From an uncultured Candidatus Rokubacteria bacterium (lineage in GTDB: Bacteria; Methylomirabilota; Methylomirabilia; Rokubacteriales; DASRDR01), in the NCBI GenBank assembly GCA_963708025.1, contig CAVPSB010000016.1:1-64000 (forward strand): DNA of 64,000 bases, read 5' to 3'. Below the pieces are notes generated by a model. That model had not been told where the DNA came from and searched no databases. It worked only from the letters and a program-made list of their open reading frames with translations. Every line of letters begins with the position of its first letter. Positions within the stretch are counted from its first letter, which is position 1. Below, one piece after another: positions 1 to 11,900 of this stretch. The position numbers and the translations under genes were made by a program.

Positions 1-324
1 ATGATTTCCGGCTCGACGCTGGCCGAGCGCGGGGCAGCGGGCCCGTGCGACTCGCTGCGCACCACCCGAGACCGAGACCGTGACGGCCTGCCCAATCCCA
101 TCACGGAACCTGTCAAGCGGAAAATGTGGCTTCGTGGCGGGCGGGGAGGGAGCCGGGCTGGCGGGCGATCCCATCCGCCCGGCCTGGATCGAAGCGGCTG
201 CCCGGCGGGGAGCCCTTGACAGCCCCGCCGAGTCCGGATAGGAGTGTTCGGTACGGACCCGTCTCGACCGCGGTTTTCCCGGGCGCACGATCCAACGGCC
301 CGCCCGAACGAGAAAGGAGCGCAC

Positions 325-1606
325 ATGCCGCGCACCCCTGGAGTCATCGCCACTATCCTCTCTGGCCTCGCCCGGCTCCGGCTCGGGTGGCTCGCCGTCG
401 CGATCGCCGTGGCCATCACGGCCGCGGGTGGACCCGCCTGGGGCCAGGGCAAGAGCATCACGATGTCGATGCTGGCGGGGTACAAGGACGACGTCCTCCG
501 CGCCAACCTGCCGGAGTTCGAGAAGAAGACCGGCATCAAGGTGGTGGTGGACGCCGCGCCGTTCGGCGACATGTACAAGAAGCAGCTTCTGTCCCTCGAC
601 CGGCGGCCGCTACGACGTCCTGTTCATGGACGAGCCGTGGATCCCCGCGCTGTCGGAGTTCCTGCTCCCGCTCGACGAGCGGATGCGCGGGCTCGACACC
701 GCGGACTTCATCCCGACCACGGTGGCGGCCGGCGCCTACCAGGGCAAGCAGTACGCCCTCCCGGTGGACCCCAACGTCCAGATCCTCGTCTACCGGAAGG
801 ATCTCTTCGAGCAGAAGGGCCTCAAGCCGCCCGCCACCTGGGACGACATGCTGGCGGCCGCCAAGACCTTCCACGACCCGGCCAAGCAGCAGTACGGGAT
901 CGCCATCACCGCCAGCAGCGACGTCCAGGCCGCGCTCTACATGCTGGTGTCCGCGTGGTCGTACGGGCGCCGAGCTGGTGACAGCCGGGGGAAGGGCGGC
1001 CTCGACACGCCGGCCGGCCACAAGGGGGCCGAGGTCTACCTGGAGCTGGTGAAGCTCGCCCCGCCCGGCGTGAAGAGCTACGGGTTCGCCGACATGAACA
1101 AGGCGATCCAGCTCGGCCAGGCGTCGATGGCGATCCAGTGGGCGTCGGGCGCCAAGGCGATGGAGGACAAGACCCGCTCGTCGGTCGCGGGCAAGCTCGG
1201 CTACACGCTGGTGCCGAAGGCCGTCCGGCAGACGCCGATGCGCGGCGTGTGGACCATCGGCATCGCCAAGTCGAGTCCCAACCAGGAAGCGGCGTGGGAG
1301 TTCGCCAAGTGGCTGAGCGGGAAGGAGTTCGGCCTGGCGGCGACGAAGTACCCGAGCGCGCTCTCGGCGATCCACAGCCCGCGGGTCTCGGTCCTCCAGG
1401 ACCCCGGGACCCAGGCCGCCCTCGTGTACGCCACCGTGCTGCTCGACAGCCTCCGGATCACCAAGGAGCGGCCGCGCCTGCGGGAGTATCCGGACATCCA
1501 GGAGCACCTGCGGATCACCAACGCCCGGATGGCGGCCGGCGAGCTGACGGTGGACGCCGCGCTGAAGGAGATGGACGCCGGCACCAACAAGATCCTGGGC
1601 AAGTAG
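325..1606 (+). CDS. Carbohydrate ABC transporter substrate-binding protein (frameshift near 597)
   Basis: AAGGAG RBS before ATG325; signal-peptide-like N-terminus in ORF 244..981 continues in ORF 428..1606 (YDVLFMD, YALP, PPATWDDM motifs); permeases follow. Confidence 0.9.
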
Positions 1607-1619
1607 CGGGACGGCGGGC

Positions 1620-2494
1620 ATGACGGCGGCCCAGGCAGGACGCTGGTTCCTGCTGCCGGGGCTCGTCTTCCTGTTCGCCATCGACCTGGTCCCGCTCGTC
1701 TACTCCGGGTGGATCAGCTTCTACGAGTGGTGGCTGGTCCGCCCCCGGGACGTCCGCTTCGTCGGCCTGGCGAACTACGTCGCGCCTGGCCGGCGGACCC
1801 GGCGTTCCGGCGGTCGGTCGCCGTCACCTCCGTGTTCACGTTTGGCGCGGTGCTGGTGGAGTTCCTCGTCGGCCTCGGCCTGGCGCTCCTCTTCTCCCAG
1901 TCGTTCCGCTTCCTCCGGCCGCTCCGCGTCGTGCTCCTCCTGCCGCTCTTCGTCGTGCCGGTGGTCGGCGCCACCATGTGGCGGGTGATCTTCCACCCGG
2001 AGATGGGGGTGCTGAACTACTACCTCGAGCTGGTCGGGCTGGGCCGGCCCGAGTGGCTCAGCGATTCGACGCTGGCGCTGGTCTCCATCATGCTGGTGGA
2101 CGCCTGGCGCACCATCCCGTTCATGTTCCTGGTGCTCTACGCGGGGCTGGAGATGCAGCCCGCCGAGCTGTTCGAGGCGGCCGCGGTTGACGGCGCGTCG
2201 CGCTGGCAGGCGTTCCGTCACATCACGGTGCCGCTCCTCACCTACATCATGCTGGTGGCCGTCCTGATCCGCGGGATGGACGCCTTCCGCGAGTTCGACA
2301 TCATCTTCGTCCTGACCGGGGGCGGCCCCGGCAACGCGACCGAGACGATCCAGATGTTCAACTACCGGGTGTTCGGCCTCGGGCACATGGGGCTGGCCAA
2401 CGCGATCGGCGTCGTGACGCTCGTCCTGGTGGCGGCCATGTGCTTCGGGCTGTGGCGCGCGATCGCGCGGCCGGCCCGGCGGCAGGCCGCCTGA
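1620..2494 (+). CDS. Carbohydrate ABC transporter permease, MalF-like (frameshift near 1785)
   Basis: FVGLANY motif; EAA loop 'ELFEAAAVDGASRWQAFRHIT'; split over ORFs 1620..1988 and 1709..2494. Confidence 0.9.
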
Positions 2495-2497
2495 CCC

Positions 2498-3322
2498 GTG
2501 CGGCCCACCCGGATCCGCGCGATCCTGACCGGGCTGGCCCTGGTCCCGGTCCTCGCCTGGACCCTGTTCCCGATCTACTGGATCGCCGCCGCCTCGTTCA
2601 AGACGGAGCTGACCCTCTACGCCCGGCCGCCGCAGTGGCTGTTCAGTCCCATCCTCGACAACTACCGGCGGGTCCTCACCAACATCGCCTTCTTCCAGTA
2701 CCTGACGAACAGCGTGGTCATCGCGGTCGGGACCACGATCGGGAGCCTCGTCCTGGGGACGCTGGCGGGCTACGGGTTCGCGCGCTTCAAGTTCCGAGGC
2801 TCGGACGCCGTCCGGTTCCTGGTCCTGGTCACCCGCATGGCGCCGCGCATGGTGCTGGTCGTGCCGTACTTCCTCCTGATGCAACGGCTCGGGCTGCTCG
2901 ACACCTACACCGGACTCCTGATCGCGTACGTCTCCTTCGCGCTGCCGTTCTCGATCTGGCTCCTGATCGGCTTCTTCGTCGACGTCCCGCTGGAGATCGA
3001 GGAGGCGGCGATGATCGACGGCTGCGGGCGGCTCGGCGTGCTGCTCCGGGTCGTGATGCCGATCGTGGCGCCCGGGCTGGTGGTAGCCGCGATCTTCGCG
3101 TTCCTCGTCTCCTGGAACGAGTTCCTCTTCGCGCTGATCCTGAGCGGCGTCGAGGCCAAGACCCTGCCCGTCGTCATCGCCGGCCTGACGACAGACGTGG
3201 GGCCGCTCTACGGCGAGATGAGCGCAGCGGCGGTGATGGTGATGCTGCCGAACATCGTGATGACGCTGGTGCTGCAGCGCTACGTGGTGCGAGGCTTGAC
3301 CCTGGGCGCCGTCAAGGGCTGA
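2498..3322 (+). CDS. Carbohydrate ABC transporter permease, MalG-like
   Basis: EAA loop 'EIEEAAMIDGC', WNEFLFA motif, C-terminal GLTLGAVKG. Confidence 0.93.
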   Translation: MRPTRIRAILTGLALVPVLAWTLFPIYWIAAASFKTELTLYARPPQWLFSPILDNYRRVLTNIAFFQYLTNSVVIAVGTTIGSLVLGTLAGYGFARFKFRGSDAVRFLVLVTRMAPRMVLVVPYFLLMQRLGLLDTYTGLLIAYVSFALPFSIWLLIGFFVDVPLEIEEAAMIDGCGRLGVLLRVVMPIVAPGLVVAAIFAFLVSWNEFLFALILSGVEAKTLPVVIAGLTTDVGPLYGEMSAAAVMVMLPNIVMTLVLQRYVVRGLTLGAVKG

Positions 3323-3444
3323 CGCCGGGCCGATCCCCGTCGCAGCCCGTCGTCCTCGGTCGTCGCCGATCCTCGGCGTACTCGGAGTACGCCTCCGGTC
3401 GGCGACTCCCTGCGTCCTAGGGCTGCTCGGGGCTCGGCCCGGCG
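3323..3444 (+). repeat. Dispersed structured hairpin element family A, copy 1 (122 bp)
   Basis: 11-bp terminal inverted repeat CGCCGGGCCGA/TCGGCCCGGCG; homologous to 38039-38160 and 45431-45681. Confidence 0.9.
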
Positions 3445-3490
3445 ACCAGAGGTGGACTTAGAGGTGGACTCGATGGCAGGAGGGGGTTCG

Positions 3491-5846
3491 ATGGAGCTGC
3501 GTGACATCGGGATCGTACGGGCGCTCGGCTGGGAGCGGACGGCGGACGGGGTCGCCTTCCCGTGCGTCACCACCGGGCTCGCGGCGGCCCGGGTCACCCT
3601 GCACGCGGTCGCCCCGCGGGTGGTGCGGGTCCGGATCACCCCGGGCGCCGTGCCCGAACCGAAGGGGTTCAGCTACGTGATCGGGCAGCCCGCCCCCGGA
3701 GGGTGGAGCGTCGAGGAGACGGACGGCGGCGTGATCCTGCGCACGGAGCACCTCGCCGTCGAGGCCACGCCTGCAGCCGTGGTCCCTCACGTTCCGCTCG
3801 GCGGACGGCGGCCTCCTGACCCACGAGGTGCCCGACGACACCAACTTCGCCGCCCACCGCCTCGGCCCACCGCCCGGCTTCCTGGCCGAGAGCCTGCCGG
3901 GCGATCCCGTCCGCCGGGTCGCCGCCGTGGTGGAGACCCTCCTGCTCGATCCCGAGGACCACTTCTACGGCGGGGGCGAGCGATTCACGCGCCTGGACCA
4001 GGTCGGCCGGACGGTCCGCACCTGGAACCGCAACTCCTACGGGGCCCGCTCGGAGCTGGCCTACAAGACCGTCCCCTTCCTGGTCGGCAGCCGCGGCTAC
4101 GGCCTCTTCGTGGACGTCCCGACCGCGGTGACGTTCCACCTCGGCAGCCGCTCGAACCGCACCTACACCATCGAGGCCCCCGGCCGCGAGCTGGACTACT
4201 ACCTGATCGCCGGGACGCCCAAGGAGATCCTCGGCGCCTACACCGACCTCACGGGGAGGCCGGCGGTGCCGCCGGCCTGGGCGCTCGGCCTGTGGGCCTC
4301 GACGTGCTTCGTCCGGTTCACCGAGGCGTCGGTGCTGGAGCAGGCCCAGCGGCTGCGCCGCGAAGGGATCCCCTGCGACGTCTTCCACCTGGACTCCTTC
4401 TGGCAGCGCGCACTCATGTGGTGCGACTTCGAGTGGGACGCCGCCCGCATCCCCGATCCCCGGCGCCTCCTCGCCGAGCTGCGCCGGCAAGGGTTCCACA
4501 ACTGTCTCTGGATCAACCCCTACGTCTCCATCCAGAGCGCGCTCTACCGGGAAGGTGTCCAGGGGGGCTACTTCCTGCGCCGGCCGGACGGCAGCGTCTA
4601 CGAGCCCATCCTGTGGAATCAGCGGACGGAGCGGGGCATGGGCCTCTGCGCCATCGTGGACTTCAGCAACCCCGAGGCCACCCGCTGGTACCGCGGGAAG
4701 CTCGACGCCCAGCTCGCCCTGGGGGCGGACTCGTTCAAGCCGGACTTCGCCGAGGAGATCCCCGAGGACGCCCGCTTCGCGAACGGGCTCACGGGCGCCG
4801 AGATGCACAACCCCTATCCCCTCCTCTTCCAGCGCGAGGCCTTCGAGGCGACGCGGGCCCACGCCGGCGAGGGCCAGGCGGTCATCTTCGCCCGCAGCGC
4901 GGCGCCCGGGGTCCAGCGCTACCCGGGCCACTGGTCGGGCGACTCGGAGTGCACGTTCCCGGACCTCGCCAACACGCTGCGGGGCGGCCTGGCCGCGGCC
5001 ATGAGCGGGCTCGCCTGGTGGAGCCACGACATCGGGGGCTTCTGGGGGGACCCGACGCCGGAGCTCTACGTCCGCTGGGCGCAGTGTGGCCTCTTCGCCT
5101 CGCTCGCCCGCTGCCACGGCGCCACCCCGCGCGACCCGTGGCTCTTCGGCGAGGAGGCGCTGGACATCTTCCGCCGCTACGCGCGGCTGCGGAGCCGCCT
5201 CGTCCCCTACCTCCTGAGCTACGGTGGGGAGGCGGCGGAGACCGGCGTCCCGGTGATGCGGCCGATGGTGCTGGAGCTCCCCGAGGACCCGGCCGGCTAC
5301 GCCTTCGACCTCCAGTATTTCCTGGGCCGCGAGCTGCTGGTGGCGCCGGTGGTGAGCGCCGGCGGCCGGGTGACCACGTACCTCCCCCGCGGACGCTGGC
5401 TCGACTGGTGGAGCGGCGCGGTCCACGCGGGCCCCACGACGCTCCGCCGCCAGGTGCCCCTCGAGGAGCTGCCGCTCTACGTCCGGGAGGACAGCCTGGT
5501 GGTGCTCGGCCCCGAGCGGAGCCACGTCGGCGAGCGGCCGGCCGACCCGCTCACCGTGGAGGCCTTCGTCACCACCGAGGCGCGATTCACGGTGCGGGGC
5601 GAGCCGGGGCAGCTTCAGCTCGCCTGCCGGCGCGAGGGCGGCCGGACGACGTTCGAGGCCAGCGCGGCGCCCGTGACCTACGAGCTGCGCCTCCACGACC
5701 ACGCCGCGCCGGCCACGGTCACCGCGGACGGCCAGGCCGTGCCCCGGCTCGAGCCGGCGGCGCTGGCCGGCGCCGACCGGGGCTGGACGACGGACGGCCG
5801 GACCGTGGTGGTCAAGGCCCGCGCGCGGCAGATCCGGGTGGAGTGA
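3491..5846 (+). CDS. Glycoside hydrolase family 31, YicI/alpha-xylosidase-like (frameshift near 3775)
   Basis: Nucleophile motif FKPDFAE, acid/base WSGD, WSHDIGGF, PVMRPM; N-terminus in ORF 3452 frame, body in ORF 3828..5846. Confidence 0.88.
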
Positions 5847-5857
5847 CGGAGGACGGC

Positions 5858-6499
5858 ATGACCATGAACCGACCGTCGCGCGAGGCCGCCTGGGCCCTCC
5901 TCACCGAGTACACGCAGAACCAGTCGCTCCGGCGGCACGCGCTCGCCGTCGAGGCGACGATGCGCGAGCTGGCCCGCTCCTCCGGCGTCGGCAACCCGGG
6001 CGAGGTCGAGACCTGGGGCCTGGTCGGCATGCTCCACGACTTCGACTACGAGCGCCACCCGACCGAGCAGGAGCACGTCTGGCGCGGCATGGAGATCCTC
6101 AAGGAGCGCGGCTGGCCGGAGGAGATCATCCGGGCCGTCGGCGGCCACGCCTTCTACACCGGCATCGAGCGGGTGACGCCCCTCCAGAAGGCGATCCTCG
6201 CGGCCGACGAGCTCACCGGGTTCGTGGGCGCCTGCGTGCTGGTGCGGCCGACCAAGAAGCTCGCCGACCTCCCGGTCGAGAGCGTGGTCAAGCGGCTGAA
6301 GGAGAAGTCCTTCGCGCGGACGGTGGACCGGCGCTACGTCTACCAGGGCGCCGAGGAGTGGGGCGTCCCCCTCCCCGACCTCGTCGCGCTCGTCATCCGC
6401 GCCACCCTCCCGATCGCCGACCACCTCGGCCTCGACGGTCGCCCCGCCGACCCCCTGCCGGACACCCCCTGCCCGCCCCCGCCACCGGCCCCGGCCTAG
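5858..6499 (+). CDS. HD-domain (HDIG-type) putative metal-dependent phosphohydrolase
   Basis: GGAGG RBS; 'LRRHALAVE...GMLHDFDYE...ADELTGF...KEKSFAR' motifs. Confidence 0.85.
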   Translation: MTMNRPSREAAWALLTEYTQNQSLRRHALAVEATMRELARSSGVGNPGEVETWGLVGMLHDFDYERHPTEQEHVWRGMEILKERGWPEEIIRAVGGHAFYTGIERVTPLQKAILAADELTGFVGACVLVRPTKKLADLPVESVVKRLKEKSFARTVDRRYVYQGAEEWGVPLPDLVALVIRATLPIADHLGLDGRPADPLPDTPCPPPPPAPA

Positions 6500-6746
6500 C
6501 TCGATTCATTCGACCAGGAACTCGGGCCCGAACACGGCGGCGAGCACCCGGAGCAGCAAACCGGATTGCACGCGCTGATACCAACCGTGTGCCGCGCGCT
6601 ACGATCCCGTGATATCGACGACCTCCTTGGTTCTCTTGATCGGCACCTACCGTACCCGCCGAGCGCCCGCGGGTCCGTGAGCGGAGTTACGTGCCGCACG
6701 CCGATCCCTGGCTGTCGGCCGTCGTCGCCGTCACCGGCGGCTGATT

Positions 6747-8721
6747 TCAGGGGTCGTCCGGTCGCAGCCGCCGCGCTTCTCCGTCCGACAGGGTCTTGGT
6801 CTCCGCCGCGAGTCGAACCCAGTGTCTCCGGGTCAACCTTCGCCGCCGCGTGCTCGAGCAGGACCATGGCCATCTCCGCGACCGTCGATGCGGCCAGGAG
6901 CTCCCGCATCGGCGGCTCCACGCCGAAGGCGGCCGGGATCCGGGCAAAGACCCTCGACGCCAAGAGCGAGTCCCCTCCAAGGTCGAGGAACCGGTCGTGA
7001 ATCCCGACCCGGTCGAGGTCGAGCACCTCGGCCCAGATTCCGGCGAGCGTCTGCTCGAACGCGGTCGTCGGCGCGACGAACGTGGTGTCGAGGGCCTGCC
7101 GCCCGGTCCCCGGCTCGGGCAGCGCGCGTCGATCTACCTTGCCGCTCGGTGTGAGGGGGAAGGCATCCAGGCACACGAAGGCGGCCGGGACCATGTAGTC
7201 CGGCACCAGCTCGGCGAGAAAACGGCGCAGGTCGCTCACAGTTGGTCCCGGGGCAGATGTCACGGCCAGGTAGGCCACCAGACGGGTGTCGCCATGCCGG
7301 TCCTGCCGGACTGCCACGACCGCGTCCCGTACGGCCGGGTGACCGACCAGGGCGGTCTCGATCTCGCCGGGCTCGATCCGGTGGCCTCGCACCTTCACCT
7401 GGAAGTCCTTCCGGCCGAGGTGCACGAGACAGCCGTCCGGCAACATCCGGCCCAGGTCCCCGGTTCGGTACACGCGGGCCTCTGTCCCGGCGGGATCGGG
7501 CAGGAAGGCCTCCTGGGTGAGGTCCGGCCGCCGCCAGTACCCGGGCGAGAGGTACCGGCTCCGCACCGCGACCTCGCCGGTGCGGGCACCAGTATCTCCG
7601 TCCGGCTGCTCGTCCAGCAGCAGCACTTCCTTGTCCGGCACCGCGTAACCCACGGGTACGGATGCGTCCGTGATCGGCGTGTCCCGGTCGAGAAAGTAGC
7701 AGGAGAAGGTCAGCGCCTCGCTCGTGCCCATTCGGTTGACGAAGATGCAGTCCGACGAGAAGTGCTGCCGGTAGGCCTCTACGTCGGTCCGGTAGACAGG
7801 CTCCCCGGCCAGGAAGATCAACCGAAGTCTCGGGAATTGCTCCCCACCAATCAGCGACGCCACGAAGTGGCGGAACAGCGTGGGGACTGACCGGTAGATG
7901 GTGATGTCCTGCCCGAGGAGCCAGGTGGCGAGCGCCGGGAGCCCCTCCCGCACGACATCGAACGGGTAGAGCCCGCTTCCGTTGAGCAACGCGGCGTAGA
8001 TCGTCCGGACGGAATCGGCAAAGCTGCATGAGGAGAGGAGCACCAGCCGGTCTTCCGGACAGTAGTGGGCGGCGTTCGTATAGTGCATGACATCGTGGAG
8101 CACGTTGCGGTGGGTCTGGGGTACCCCTTTCGGCCGCCCGGTGGAGCCCGACGTGTAGAGGATGAAGGCCGGCCCGTCCGGCGACGGCGCCACCCCGGGG
8201 CGCTCCAGCGGGAGGTCGGGCCCGAGCGCGTCGACGGTCACCACGGGAACGACCCCCCGGGACAGGTCCTCCGTCGCGCGCCGGTTCCGGGCGTTCGTAA
8301 GGATGAGCGCGGCCTGCGAATCCTCCAGGATATAGGCGAGCCGGGCCGCCGGGTAGGTGGAGTCGAGCGGCACGTACGGCTTCCCCGCCTTGAGCGCGCC
8401 GAGCATGGCGGCGATCACCTCGGCATCGTGTTCGAAGAGCAGCGCTACCGGCCCCACACCGTGGCCCTCTCCACGCAGGACCGCGTGGGCGATGCGGTTC
8501 GCCATCCGGTCCAGCTCGAGGTACGAGAGCGCGCGGTGCCGGGTCTGGACGGCCAGCCGGCCGGGACTGGTCTGCGCCTGGGCCTCGAAGCGCTCGGGGA
8601 TCGACCGCTCCAGGGCGTCCCGTGGAAAGGGCACGAAGGTCCCGGCGGGATGGAAGCATCTGCCCCTGACTCGCTCCTGCTCCCTCGGCAGCCTCACGCC
8701 TCGGGCACTCTCGCGATCCAC
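6747..8721 (-). CDS. Standalone NRPS-like adenylation-thiolation protein A1-T (frameshift near 6812)
   Basis: YTSGSTGRPKG, YRTGDLG, QVKVRGHRIEPGEIE, PLTPSGKVDR, LGGDSL; GTG start with AGAGG RBS; tail in ORF 6747..6980. Confidence 0.9.
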
Positions 8722-8834
8722 CTGGCACCTCTCACCGGTCAGCGGCGGTCGCCTTCCGCCACCGAACCATCTGGAGTACCGGACCCTTCTGAGGTACCGC
8801 GGCCCGATGATACACCACCACAAGCGCAGCCATG

Positions 8835-8915
8835 CCGATCCAGGCGTTCACCATGGACCGATCTCGGTGTTCACGTTCGGCCGATCTGAGCGTTCACGAT
8901 GAGCCGATGCGCGCA
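8835..8915. mobile_element. 23-bp tandem repeats resembling an IS21-family terminal region (remnant)
   Basis: CCGATC-N3-G(C/T)GTTCAC units at 8835, 8858 and 8881 plus a degenerate unit at 8904 ending in CGCA. Confidence 0.55.
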
Positions 8916-8948
8916 CCCATGGGACGCGAGCAGCTCACGGAGCGCGGC

Positions 8949-11900
8949 TCACGCTACGGCGATCGCCGCCGCGAGCCCGGGGAGGTTGACGGCGGCGATC
9001 ACGGTCGCCATGGACACGCTGATCCCGAGGTCGGCGCGGATGCGGTTCGCGAGGACGAGCGCCCCGATCGAGTCCAGTCCCAGGTCGAGGAAGGCCGTGT
9101 CGTCGCGCACCTCGGCCGCGGGAAGACCGACCATCTGGGCCACGCTCTCCCGAAGGTACTCGATGAGCTGCCCCCGCGGATCACCGCCTTTCGCGCGCTC
9201 CAGGTACGGTGTCTTGTGCGACGACCGACGCACGGCGTCGGCGGGCGGCGCGCCCCGGTGCGCCAACCGGTCCAGCAGACGCGGGCGCGTTCCGGTCGGC
9301 AGCGCGCCGAGGTACGTCTGCCGGCGTAACTGACGCACCTCGAACCCGGCGATCTCCGCGACGACGCGGCCGGCCTCGTCGAAGAGGAGCGCGTCACCGG
9401 CCTTCGACGGGGCGTCCACGGCGTAGCGGGCCCGCGCCTGTCCGTGGCACCAGAGCTGGTGGTCCCCGGGACGCTCGAAGAACGCGAAGCGGCCGATGGT
9501 GAACGGCACGTAGGCCACGCCGCCCTCGGCGAGGGCCAGCGTTTCGAACGCCCCGCCGAAGAACAGCGTCTGGAAGCACGCCTCGATCGCGCCGGGGGCC
9601 AGCGGGTAGAGGTCAGCCACTTCCGCCAGCGGGGGCGGCGCTGTCCGGGCCACCGCCTCGTTGTCCCCCTGCCAGATCGTCTCGATCCAGCGAAATGCCG
9701 ATCCGGTGTTCGCCCCGGGTGCCCATGCCAGCTCGTAGAACGCCGAGCCGCTCATGGGGAGCGTGCACCGCCGACGTAAGGCGTCGAGATCGACGGCTGC
9801 TCGGGGTGGCGCGTCCGGCAGTCGCAGCCGGCCCGTCACGTGCAGCGTCCACGCGTCGGCGTCGTGCGGCTCGGGACCGTCCGCGCGGCTCACGAGGCGC
9901 AGGCTGTAGGCGCCGTCGTCCTCGGGCGCCAGCACCACCTGGATGGTGCGCGCCCCGTCTCCAGGCAGCACCAGCGGTCGCAGGAAGCACAGCTCCTCCA
10001 GCACGCACGCACGCGGCCCGAACGCCGCTTCGACCGCCGACAGAAACAGGGTCAGGTCACTTGACGCCGCCACGACCACCGTCCCGAACAGCCGGTGATC
10101 GCCGAGGTGCGGCACTGCCCGTGGCGACAGCGTGGCCTCGAACCGGATCTCGGACGAGAACGGCAGCGACAGACGGCGCCCCAGTAGCGGCCTGGCGGGC
10201 GTTTCCACTGGCGTCGTCGTCGCCACTGGCGGATCGACCCAGTGACGCTGGCGTTCGAACGGGTAGGTCGGCAGGTGCAGGCGCCGCCGCTCATATGGGG
10301 CGTCGAAGCCGCGCCAGTCCACCGGCACGCCGCGCACGTAGAGCGTGCCCAGGCTGCGGAGGAGCGGCTCCCAGTCCGGCTCGTCCCGGCACAAGCTGGG
10401 CAGCCAGCCGTCGGCGACGTCTGGCACGCGCTCGCGTGCCATCTCTCGCAGGATCGAGTCTGGCCCGATCTCGACGACCAGCGTCACGCCGCGCACCCGG
10501 AGCGCCCGCAGCGCATCAGCGACGCGCGCTGGGTCTCCGACGTGGTCCCGCCAGTATGTCGGTGTGGCGATCTGGGTGCCGACCAGCGCGCCGGTCACCG
10601 GGGAGACGAGGTCAACGCGCGGGCGGCCGAGGCGGACCTTGCCCGCGGCCCGCTCGAAGGCGTCCCGACCTCGCGCCGCGACGAGCCGAAGGCCGTCTTC
10701 CAGCCCGATGACGCCGGCCACACAGGCGGCGGCGAGCTCGCCTTGGCCGAGTCCCAGGGCCACGTCTGGCTCGACACCCCACGCGCGCCACAGCTCGGCC
10801 AGCGCGACATGCAACGCGAAGAGCGCCGCCTCTGGAGAGGCGGGCGGCCGGCCCAGCCCGGGGTCGCGGGCGCCGAGCTCGGAGCGGTCGCGACCAGCGC
10901 CCGAAAGGGCGTCGCAGCGGTCGAGTGTCGCGCGGAAGACGGGCTGCGTGGCGCGAAGCTCGCGGCCCACGCCGGCATGGTGCGCGCCCTCTCCGGTGAA
11001 CAGGAACGCGATGACCGGCCGCGCAGCGGCCTCCACGCCTGCCTGCGCGCGCCCGGCGGTCTCACCGGCGAAGGCGGCGAGGCGCTCATGAAGGTCCTCT
11101 ATGCTCCCGGCGTCGATGGCCAGGCGGTGCTCGAACGGGGCGCGCCCGGTGTTGGCCGTGAAGCAGACATCGGCGAGAAGACCCGGGCCGGTGGCCAGGT
11201 GGTCGGCATAGCGCCGGGCTAGCTCCCTCAGCGCCGTCTCGCTGCGGGCCGACAGCGCCAGCACGTGCCGGGGCCGCTCCGGTTGGCGGGACGGCGGGCG
11301 CGGCGGGGGCGCCTCCTCGAGCACGACGTGGCAGTTCGTTCCGCCAATGCCGAGGGACGTGACGCCCGCCCGCCGGGGCGCTCCGTCCGCGCGCCACGGC
11401 GAAAGCGTCCGGACGACGAAGAACGGGCTATTCTCGAAGTCGATCGCGGGGTTGGGCGCGTCGAAGTGCAAGCTGGGGGGGATCTGGCGGTGCTGGAGCG
11501 CCAGCGCCGTTTTGATCAATCCGGCGACCCCCGCGGCCACGTCGGTGTGCCCGAGATTGGTCTTTACCGAGCCGATCCCGCAGAACCCCGTCGCGGCGGT
11601 CGCCCGACGGAATGCGGTCGTCAGTCCCTCGATCTCTATGGGATCGCCGAGCGGGGTGGCGGTGCCGTGCGCCTCGACATAGGTGACGGAGCGCGGATCG
11701 ACGCCGGCGACCGCCTGCGCGAGGGCGACGACCTCGGCTTGCCCGCGCGCGCTGGGCGCCGTGAAACTGACCTTGCCCGCCCCGTCGTTGTTGATCGCCC
11801 ACCCCTGGATCACGGCGTAGACAGCGTCGCCGGCGGCGACGGCGTCCTCGAGCCGCTTGAGCACCACGACGCCAACCCCGTCGCTGAGGACCGTTCCCCG

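Noticed and set aside
216-244. TTGACA upstream of the sugar ABC operon as a sigma70 promoter
   Set aside because: The -35 is perfect but the -10 at 17 bp (TAGGAG) is poor; not listed as a feature
3491-5846. GH31 as a sulfoquinovosidase
   Set aside because: The nucleophile motif is YicI-like (KPDFAE), not the WMADFGE type, and no sulfoglycolysis genes are nearby
3452-6499. 1015-aa ORF as a GH31-HD fusion
   Set aside because: Artefact: it joins the GH31 N-terminus, an off-frame stretch and the separate HD gene, which has its own RBS
8835-8915. Periodic repeats as a mini-CRISPR array
   Set aside because: A 23-nt period leaves no room for spacers, and there are no cas genes
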